Below are positions 57,273-64,000 of a DNA stretch of 64,000 bases, piece by piece (the first letter of the stretch is position 1; each line of letters begins with the position of its first letter). Source of the DNA: a virus. The notes beneath the pieces were generated by a model that ran no database searches, was not told the DNA's origin, and saw only the letters and a program-made list of their open reading frames with translations. Made by a program: the position numbers and the translations under genes. The stretch spans positions 3,211 to 67,210 of the IMG/VR virus record IMGVR_UViG_3300042332_000715. The stretch is one strand, 5' to 3'.

Positions 57273-57301
57273 ATTGTACCCCGCTAGCGGGGCGGTGTCA
57301 A
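57273..57301 (-). promoter_or_regulatory. near-consensus promoter TTGACA-N17-TACAAT with CCCCGCTAGCGGGG in the spacer
   Basis: -35 at 57301-57296, -10 at 57278-57273. Confidence 0.8.
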
Positions 57302-57318
57302 GAGATGTAATAAAATTC

Positions 57319-57346
57319 TTGCCAAAGTCAAATCATTTGGTAGAAT
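57319..57346 (+). promoter_or_regulatory. promoter TTGCCA-N16-TAGAAT with extended -10 TG, driving the candidate ncRNA
   Basis: read directly; back-to-back with the - strand promoter. Confidence 0.7.
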
Positions 57347-57352
57347 GGTACG

Positions 57353-57830
57353 ATCCACGGCCTAGCCGTGGCGGGTGGACTCGGGGCTGGACGCTCCCCA
57401 TCCGGGCGCGTGTTAGCGTGAAAGCCAAGCCTACTAGGTGGCAGATCGGGTAGTCAAGCATTACGACTTGGGAAGCTGAAAGCTTCGGGGAATGACGTGA
57501 GATACGGCATCTTCCTACAGCGTGGTACTAGGAAGCGACAGGATTACGCTAACACATAGCCCGCATCTATATGCGGGTTGGGGAGTGTAGTAGGGGCACC
57601 TACTACGACGGGCAAAGAGAACTGAAGATCCTCTGTACATTACCTAGCGAAAAACTAAACCCAAGCTCTGTGTACCCTCACAACTTGGTCCCGTGGCATT
57701 CACCTATAAGGTGTAACTAGCTAGAGTAAGAACCCCTGGATAGGTAACACATCCATAGCCAAACAAGCCGTTACACGGCTAAAACAAACACCGCAAGGCA
57801 TAATGCCGGGCATAGAGGGTTCCCACGCAC
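57353..57830 (+). ncRNA. candidate large structured non-coding RNA (about 480 nt)
   Basis: no ORF of 60 aa or more; nested long-range helices and many hairpins; own promoter. Confidence 0.65.
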
Positions 57831-59258
57831 TTACTTCAAAACGCCTAATTTAACCGTTTGCTTGGTCAAAACATTGAATGCTAGCGAAGTGGCATCCACT
57901 TGGTCGTCATGCGACCCATCTGGGAAATACATGAATTCAGACTCGTAATCGTCCCAAACTTCACCGCCAATGGCGGTGTGGATGTTTCCCATGTTGATCT
58001 GAGTCGAGAGCGAATCCGCTCTAACTAGCTTACTGCCGCTGGAAGCGGCCTTTTCGACGTGGACGACGAAGCCATTTAGCCGCTTCACGGCTGCTTTGGC
58101 AGCGTCGATACCTGCGGAGCCTAGTTCTTGCTCTAGAGCGATCTTAACGTGCCTGCCATCGGCGTGAGCCGTTGCTACGATGATCTTCTCGCGTTCGTCC
58201 GTGTCCCACTGACCTCTGCGAATGTCGAGAATCCAGATCGTCCCATCGTCCATCATTCCCAGCTTGGCGCCGACCGTAAAGTCGCCGCTAGCCGCGAGAG
58301 CGGCTTTATCCCAAGCACGCACGATCTTTTTGAACGCTCGATCCGCTGGCGGAGCCAAGTGCTTAACGACTCTATCTATCTTGATAGCACCACCACCGGG
58401 CGGAATGGGCTGTTGCAGGATTTGTCCTGCGTAGCCCCAATCACCTAACTGGACCCGCAAATCGGCAAGAGCCTTCCGGCTCAATCGATCAGGGTCGAAC
58501 AAACCATCGACGTAGTGTTGACGTAGTTCAGGTGGATTGATAAAGTCGGATTCGACCCCCGGCAAGCAGATCAGCTTGACATTTGGATATTCTTTCAGCA
58601 TGACTGCCGTAGGGTCGCCAACGGAGATCCGTTGCATGACAAGGTAGGTGAAGGACACGTCCTTGTCCACTTTCCGGCTCGGCAGCGTTTCTTTCATAAA
58701 CCTAGCCGCCTCTAGCTGCGCTGCTGCCGATCTACCGCCCTGCGGGTCCAGAGGATCGTCGATGCCCAGAACGTGGGCGTGACGCCCCATGATACCGCCT
58801 TTGATGCCGTAGGCGTATCTATCGCCTCCGAGCGTATTACTCCAAAGGCTCATCTTGTTTAAGTCGCCGCGTAGCTCGATTTCGGGGAATAGCTTCTGGT
58901 AGAGCGGAGATTGAACCACACGTCTGCTCTTGACGGTGAGTTCGAATGCTAGATCTTCCGTAAAGCTGGCACCGAGGAACCGCAGCCCTGGAAACCTAGT
59001 CCACGCCCAAGGCGTGTAAAGGACCGTGAAGATCGATGACTTCGACGTACCGGGACTGATGTTGCAGATTAGATCGTATTCCTTCGGTTCGCCGCGAAAG
59101 ACCCTTTCGGATGCGACCTGAAGTTCGTTGCACAGGTACGGGATGTGCCAATTTACCTTTAGTTTCTGGTCGGAGATCACAGGCCAGAAGGTTTTGACGA
59201 AGTGGAAGTAGCTCTCTCTACAAAGGCGGCTTAGCTCGCCGTAGTAGTCAATTTGCAT
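57831..59258 (-). CDS. terL: terminase large subunit
   Basis: NISPGTSKS, GIDDP, VMQR, YAGQILQQP, WDKA, DFTVG, HDDQVDA. Confidence 0.95.
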   Translation of the reverse strand: MQIDYYGELSRLCRESYFHFVKTFWPVISDQKLKVNWHIPYLCNELQVASERVFRGEPKEYDLICNISPGTSKSSIFTVLYTPWAWTRFPGLRFLGASFTEDLAFELTVKSRRVVQSPLYQKLFPEIELRGDLNKMSLWSNTLGGDRYAYGIKGGIMGRHAHVLGIDDPLDPQGGRSAAAQLEAARFMKETLPSRKVDKDVSFTYLVMQRISVGDPTAVMLKEYPNVKLICLPGVESDFINPPELRQHYVDGLFDPDRLSRKALADLRVQLGDWGYAGQILQQPIPPGGGAIKIDRVVKHLAPPADRAFKKIVRAWDKAALAASGDFTVGAKLGMMDDGTIWILDIRRGQWDTDEREKIIVATAHADGRHVKIALEQELGSAGIDAAKAAVKRLNGFVVHVEKAASSGSKLVRADSLSTQINMGNIHTAIGGEVWDDYESEFMYFPDGSHDDQVDATSLAFNVLTKQTVKLGVLK

Positions 59259-59315
59259 TATTTGCCTCTATACATTAGAATTAACGCTTCTCTTACTCTA
59301 TCATAAGGTAAACTT

Positions 59316-59774
59316 ATGCCTAAGCCATCAAAAAAGCCGAAATCGGCTACTACAGTGTTCTTGGAGTCTTGTGCTCGCCGCGCGAAGCGGATTCTACTAG
59401 GAATGGGCGAAGAACCGGCAGAGCCGGTCAATCGCGGGTTCAACCGCACTAAGATCAAGCTATCCGAGAAATACGCACATACGATTCTCGACAGCACAAA
59501 AGAAGGGCCGTGTGCGGCCCTTGCTCGGAATATGATCGACTTAACTGTGTCCTTGGATAACTATTGGGCACAGTTGTTTCCCATTATGGAGGAAATCGAT
59601 CACAAGATTAAGACTCAGAACTGCTATCTTGAGATTGATCCGACTGGGTGGTACTTTCGGGATTCGGCTGGGAATCTTCTTTCTTCAGGCGAATCCCTCC
59701 GGCTCTGGTTAGCATCTCACGCACAGTTGTATACCGATTGGGAAGTCGAGGTGTTTGACCGCGAGGCGGAGTAA
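59316..59774 (+). CDS. hypothetical protein
   Basis: 152-aa ORF divergent from terL. Confidence 0.6.
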   Translation: MPKPSKKPKSATTVFLESCARRAKRILLGMGEEPAEPVNRGFNRTKIKLSEKYAHTILDSTKEGPCAALARNMIDLTVSLDNYWAQLFPIMEEIDHKIKTQNCYLEIDPTGWYFRDSAGNLLSSGESLRLWLASHAQLYTDWEVEVFDREAE

Positions 59775-60258
59775 GTGCTTCCCTCGGGATCGTTTCGGGA
59801 TCGACTACGATACCCTGCGAATCCAAGATATACTGAGCGATGCGTGCCCGATCTCGGGCCTCATCGTTCGCCTTCCATTGTTCGATCAGCTTCAGCTTGT
59901 GCAGGCGTGCCTGCTCGTAGCGTTCGTACTTGGTAGCATCCTTTTCGCATAGATACTCCAAGAATTCCTCGTTTTCGGGGTTCTTGGGTAGGTCTTTGAG
60001 CCAGTCTTTGAGCTTTTTCGCCGTTGTGAATCGGAAAAAGCTACGGGCTTCGCCCGATCTGATGGAGATGGAGAGGTCCATGATGCCCAATTGGGGGATT
60101 CGGACGTATCCAGTCTCTTTGAACTGAGCTACTAGCTCGATGAAAGCCGACTCAACGACTGCCTTAGCCAAACCCTTAGTAATCCCTTGCTGTTTGGCAA
60201 CAGCCTCGGATATCGACTTAATTGTTGTGGTTTTTTTCTTGATTTTACCCATCGTCAT
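59608..60258 (-). CDS. HU/IHF-like DNA-binding protein with C-terminal extension
   Basis: ISEAVAKQQGITKGLAKAVVES, VRIPQLG, FRFTTAKKLKD. Confidence 0.72.
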   Translation of the reverse strand: MTMGKIKKKTTTIKSISEAVAKQQGITKGLAKAVVESAFIELVAQFKETGYVRIPQLGIMDLSISIRSGEARSFFRFTTAKKLKDWLKDLPKNPENEEFLEYLCEKDATKYERYEQARLHKLKLIEQWKANDEARDRARIAQYILDSQGIVVDPETIPREALTPPRGQTPRLPNRYTTVREMLTRAGGIRLKKEDSQPNPESTTQSDQSQDSSSES

Positions 60259-60304
60259 GCCCTGTATTGTGTATATTAGGTGTCAGAAAGGGGTATATCA
60301 TACC

Positions 60305-60817
60305 ATGCAATTAGAAGAATTTCAGCAAAAAGTGTCGGAAATGTTGTCCGAGGTCGAATTCGAGGACTCCGATCAGGTTACTGTTCTCGCTAGCTACTTA
60401 GCTGCTTGCAGCAGCAATGTAGTCCGGCAGATCAACGAAGTCTACAATGAAGCCACCGGCTTCCCGGTAGACGATAACTACGACGAACACATGGCAAACC
60501 TCGACACTTTGTCGTTTGCTCTCGGTGTTGACGTAGTTACGCTAAACGAAGAACGACTTAGAGCGGCCCTGCTCGCTCTGCAATGCCGCTTAGCACGCAA
60601 AGCGTTGCTCGGCAACGTAGATCAGATTCAAGTGTTCGATTGTATGCTTGGGATGCTGACTGGATACGTCGCAGGTGTCTTGATCGCTTCGCGTTCGGAC
60701 GACCTTGAGAACAAGGAAAGATGGCAGGCTGTCGGGAATATGCTGCGAAAAGATCTATTTGATCGTATCATGGCAGAAATCAGCAAGCACAATCCAGATG
60801 TAGGACAGCTAAACTAG
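60305..60817 (+). CDS. hypothetical acidic helical protein
   Basis: start reassigned to the ATG at 60305 (MQLEEFQ). Confidence 0.6.
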   Translation: MQLEEFQQKVSEMLSEVEFEDSDQVTVLASYLAACSSNVVRQINEVYNEATGFPVDDNYDEHMANLDTLSFALGVDVVTLNEERLRAALLALQCRLARKALLGNVDQIQVFDCMLGMLTGYVAGVLIASRSDDLENKERWQAVGNMLRKDLFDRIMAEISKHNPDVGQLN

Positions 60818-61228
60818 ATGTTCAAGGCATTTTTGGCGTTAATTCTAGGCCTAACGCCGCTGTCTCAGCGGCTTCGGCCTGTGGAATACGTGGATATGAT
60901 CGAACTGAATCATTTCCACAACAAAAAAGGCCAGCACGTCTATTCTCAGGTCATTTTCTACGAAAGATTGGCCGATAACGGCCAGTTTCGTGTTAGGAGC
61001 TGGGCATTGATCGAGATGCGAGAGTCGTTAAACCGACTACCGCAATACGATCCTACGGTCGATAAGGTCGTGGTGGACATGAAAATGCCCGATGGTAAGG
61101 TAGTACGGCTGGAAAGCCGTCTTTTTAAGGAAACTTGGACTGATTTTGATCCTGAACGTCGGGATAAGGACAAGTTACCGGAGCAATTTAGACTACGGCT
61201 AGCCGTAGAAGGGATTAAGAAATGGTAA
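60818..61228 (+). CDS. hypothetical protein with a signal-like N-terminus
   Basis: VDMIELNHF...QVIFY...ETWT..DPE, recalled as a planctomycete-type family (not verified). Confidence 0.65.
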   Translation: MFKAFLALILGLTPLSQRLRPVEYVDMIELNHFHNKKGQHVYSQVIFYERLADNGQFRVRSWALIEMRESLNRLPQYDPTVDKVVVDMKMPDGKVVRLESRLFKETWTDFDPERRDKDKLPEQFRLRLAVEGIKKW

Positions 61229-61569
61229 AAGTACAGCTAGTTAAGCCAATCGAAGGCTTTGAGCCTTTCGCCGAACTCAGAGTACCTGAATTCTTAGATT
61301 ACTACATGGACTCCTACGGTGAAGTGCAGCAGAACTTCAATAGCGACTGTACCATACCTGTATTGGTACTTACCCCGCTGAAAGCGTGGAGGGATGCTAC
61401 ACAGATCGATATCGAAGCAGCCCTTGATGGCGTAGCCATCGAAGGCTTGTTTGGCGATGGTAAAAGTCCAAAGAAATCTATACTAATAGGCGGATACCGC
61501 CTTGCAGATCAATTGCGTTTCGTAGACGCAGATGGAGTCGATTGGCACTCCTGTAAGGTATACAAATAA
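61222..61569 (+). CDS. hypothetical protein, paralog of 8512-8880
   Basis: PIEGFE...RVP and WRDAT. Confidence 0.65.
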   Translation: MVKVQLVKPIEGFEPFAELRVPEFLDYYMDSYGEVQQNFNSDCTIPVLVLTPLKAWRDATQIDIEAALDGVAIEGLFGDGKSPKKSILIGGYRLADQLRFVDADGVDWHSCKVYK

Positions 61570-61712
61570 TGGTATTCACAGGCGTCTACATTTTCTTTGC
61601 CATCTGCGTGCTATGCCCGCCGATTGGCTTTTTGGTGGCGTTGTATTTACTGCTCGCCGTAATCGGCGATGTTATCGCACCTGCGTCTAGACGCAGAAGG
61701 AATAGGTGGTAA

Positions 61713-62273
61713 ATGATCTGGTTTACTAGCGATACCCACTTCAACCACGAAAACATCGTCAAATACTCCAATCGTCCGTTTACGGACCTCGGAGAAATGA
61801 CTGAGGTTCTAGTCAAGAACTGGAACGAAGTCGTGGAGAAGGGTGATACAGTGTACCATTTGGGCGATTTCGCCCTATCTTACGGTAAGCAGTCAGTCGA
61901 TGTAATCGACAAGCTGCTATCGCGTCTGAATGGCCAGAAGCACTTAATCAAGGGTAATCACGACAGAAAGCAGGTACTCGACAATCCGAGATGGGCTTCT
62001 GTTAGGGATTACCACGAAATCAAGGTAGACCTTGGTGGAATCCATAAGCAGCGTATCGTAATGTCCCATTACTGTATGCGTGTATGGAACCAAATGCACC
62101 GAGGAGCGTGGATGCTCCACGGTCACAGTCATGGCAACCTAGCCGACCCTGGCGGCAAAGTTCTGGACGTAGGCGTAGACGTATGGAATTACGGCCCGAT
62201 CTCATTGGATGCCCTACAAATCTGGATGGAAGCCAGAGAGGTAATCGCATACGATCACCACGTACCGGAGTAA
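61713..62273 (+). CDS. calcineurin-like phosphoesterase
   Basis: FTSDTHFNH, YHLGDF, KGNHD, MSHY, LHGHSH, DVGVD. Confidence 0.92.
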   Translation: MIWFTSDTHFNHENIVKYSNRPFTDLGEMTEVLVKNWNEVVEKGDTVYHLGDFALSYGKQSVDVIDKLLSRLNGQKHLIKGNHDRKQVLDNPRWASVRDYHEIKVDLGGIHKQRIVMSHYCMRVWNQMHRGAWMLHGHSHGNLADPGGKVLDVGVDVWNYGPISLDALQIWMEAREVIAYDHHVPE

Positions 62274-62278
62274 CTAGA

Positions 62279-62485
62279 ATGATAGCGTTTACCGAAGAAT
62301 CCCAAAAACCCAAGCCAAAGCAGGAGGCTACGCCTCCCTCGGAAGCTGCAACCTATTGCGGTGTATTAGGTACTGCTCTAGCTGTAGCCATCAGCTACAC
62401 AGCCTACAAGTCTATCGCCTGGGCGATACTTCATGGCTGCTGCGGTTGGCTCTTTGTCCTATGGTACTGGCTATTCCGCACCTAA
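62279..62485 (+). CDS. small two-TM membrane protein
   Basis: LGTALAVAISY...SIAWAILHG...W..V; start reassigned to 62279. Confidence 0.6.
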   Translation: MIAFTEESQKPKPKQEATPPSEAATYCGVLGTALAVAISYTAYKSIAWAILHGCCGWLFVLWYWLFRT

Positions 62486-62607
62486 TTAAACCTCCAAATT
62501 GGGCGTCTAGACGCCCTTTCTTCGTTTCCAAGTCCAATCACACCACTTTACCTTAAAACCGCTTCTACGAGGCCGCTAGCGGCCTTAAAATCGAAATTCA
62601 AACCACT

Positions 62608-63369
62608 ATGGCAAACCGAACCAGTATATCCGACTTCCAATCCTACCGCGATGCTTGCCAGCTAGCCGCTACCGACCCTGCTGCCTTCAGCAGCTTCCGT
62701 CGTAATCCGGCACTAACTCAGATCTGGGAACACGTATCCTACGATCTAGGGCAGCAATACCTGGATCTAATCGATCTAGATCGATATCATCCCAAGAATT
62801 TCGCCCAAAACGACACAATCGGCGGTGCCGATACCCACTACTATCCCAAGATAGACATGGCCATCAGTCCATCTACTCTACGGTATATCCACGTACTACA
62901 GGAACTTGACCGACATTTCGGTCTAGAATACATAGATTCCATCGCCGAGATCGGCGGAGGATATGGTGGTCAGGCTGCTGTGATATTCCAATACTTGAAC
63001 TGGAAGCTGGAATACAAGATCTTCGATCTGCCTGAAGTCCGGTGGCTAGCTCACCAGTACCTAGGGCAGCTAGGAGATAAACTCGGCTACCGAGTTGTGG
63101 ATACACGCTGGGAATTCGATCTTTTGATCTCCAATTACGCATTCTCCGAGCTATCGGAGCAAGTACAGCAACAATACTTCGACGATGTAATCGTCCACTC
63201 CAAGAACGTCTACATGGTTTACAACCATATCAGCGAGGTATTTGGCATCAAATCCTGGTCTGTAGCTGAATTTGGCCGTAAGCTCATGTCCGCAGGATTC
63301 CAAGTCCTCGTTCTCGACGAGGCACCTAAGACCCATGCACGCAACTTCGTGGTCGTGGCGACCAAGTAA
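62608..63369 (+). CDS. putative sugar O-methyltransferase (class I SAM-dependent)
   Basis: SPSTLRY, IAEIGGGYGG, IFDLPEV, DLLISNYAFSEL. Confidence 0.82.
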   Translation: MANRTSISDFQSYRDACQLAATDPAAFSSFRRNPALTQIWEHVSYDLGQQYLDLIDLDRYHPKNFAQNDTIGGADTHYYPKIDMAISPSTLRYIHVLQELDRHFGLEYIDSIAEIGGGYGGQAAVIFQYLNWKLEYKIFDLPEVRWLAHQYLGQLGDKLGYRVVDTRWEFDLLISNYAFSELSEQVQQQYFDDVIVHSKNVYMVYNHISEVFGIKSWSVAEFGRKLMSAGFQVLVLDEAPKTHARNFVVVATK

Positions 63370-63453
63370 AACATTGGGAATCGATCAACTTTACTAGCAG
63401 TCAGACACTACCCATCTTTTAAGAAAAACAGGGTAGTTTTTATTACAACATCT

Positions 63454-63480
63454 AGGCGGCATTAGCCGCCTTTCTTTTTT
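63454..63480 (+). terminator. rho-independent terminator
   Basis: AGGCGGC-ATTA-GCCGCCT followed by a T-tract. Confidence 0.8.
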
Positions 63481-63844
63481 ACCTCCCGATCTGCAAATGC
63501 GGAGGTATCTTGTACCTTAGTTACCTATGTCGTCCGGTCGGCTAGCTGACCATTTCTCTGTACTTGGCCGTGTAACGGCCCTATTGCCGCTGAAAGCGGC
63601 TGCTTCTGCGGGCTTCCTTTGCTCGGCGAAGCCGAGTTTTGAAGTTTGGTTTTTATAAAAAATTTGAATTCGGGACTAAGCAACCGAAGCGGCGTGCCGC
63701 TTATGATAAGCAGAACTAATATGACCCCCCTTATCAATCGAGCTTATCATCATTCGATCTACTGCCCACTATCTGGGCACTAGTGCCCAATAACTATGCT
63801 ACGTCCGATAATGTACATTATGTTCGCTTGCCTAGTACGTATGC

Positions 63845-64000
63845 GGGCTGCTAGCAGCCCTAGGTAGGTCGAGGGGCTGCTAGCAGCCCTAGGTAGGTCG
63901 AGGGGCTGCTAGCAGCCCTAGGTAGGTCGAGGGGCTGCTAGCAGCCCTAGGTAGGTCGAGGGGCTGCTAGCAGCCCTAGGTAGGTCGAGGGGCTGCTAGC
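63845..64000. repeat. 29-bp perfect tandem repeat (at least 5.4 copies, truncated by the window), each unit with the 16-bp palindrome GGGCTGCTAGCAGCCC
   Basis: unit GGGCTGCTAGCAGCCCTAGGTAGGTCGAG. Confidence 0.95.

Noticed and set aside
57353-57830. tmRNA, RNase P RNA or group I/II intron identity for the structured region
   Set aside because: No tRNA-like ends with CCA, no GAGGAAAGUCC-type RNase P core, no P7 or domain V consensus, and it interrupts no gene.
63525-63737. 70-aa ORF near the right end
   Set aside because: No recognisable motifs or RBS; it lies in a palindrome-rich non-coding region.
63845-64000. Possible CRISPR array (29-bp palindromic repeats)
   Set aside because: No spacers; it is a pure tandem repeat.
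1-64000. Amber (TAG) stop-codon reassignment suggested by abundant CTAG and a CTA-centred tRNA-like arm
   Set aside because: Conserved genes are full length in code 11, TAG ends genes at sensible positions, and the tRNA-like element lacks a 7-nt loop and CCA.

Overview
This window is a large part of a tailed dsDNA phage genome, probably a siphovirus. Its likely host is a planctomycete, which is an inference from a few small-protein families and the secreted proteases. No integrase or repressor is visible. The + strand (about 1.4-37 kb) carries early and replication genes: a miniature family-A-polymerase-like protein, GT11, SNF2 helicase, primase, DnaB-like helicase, a PolA split into separate polymerase and UDG-exonuclease genes, clamp loader, sliding clamp, SSB, RecA, 5'-3' exonuclease, resolvase, a split SbcC with SbcD, four HNH endonucleases, and a queD-dpdA-like-queE-queC-folE 7-deazaguanine cluster. 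The - strand (about 59-37 kb) carries the virion operon: terminase, portal, protease/scaffold, capsid, a papain-protease cassette, neck, tail tube, chaperone with a -1 frameshift, tape measure, a mucin-like Thr/Cys-rich 1138-aa protein and a glycosyltransferase. Five signals are not explained by the gene list. (1) About 43 perfect palindromes centred on CTAG, with variable arms and a sharp mode at exactly 16 bp, lie in genes, promoters, terminators and a terminal tandem array. (2) A roughly 480-nt highly structured candidate ncRNA with its own promoter lies between terminase and portal. (3) The mini-PolA-like gene sits next to a 35-bp hairpin tandem array. (4) Glycosyltransferases together with Thr-tract virion proteins suggest virion glycosylation. 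(5) A tRNA-like element has one of the CTAG palindromes as its anticodon arm. All counts are by eye and all functional calls rest on motif recognition without database searches.
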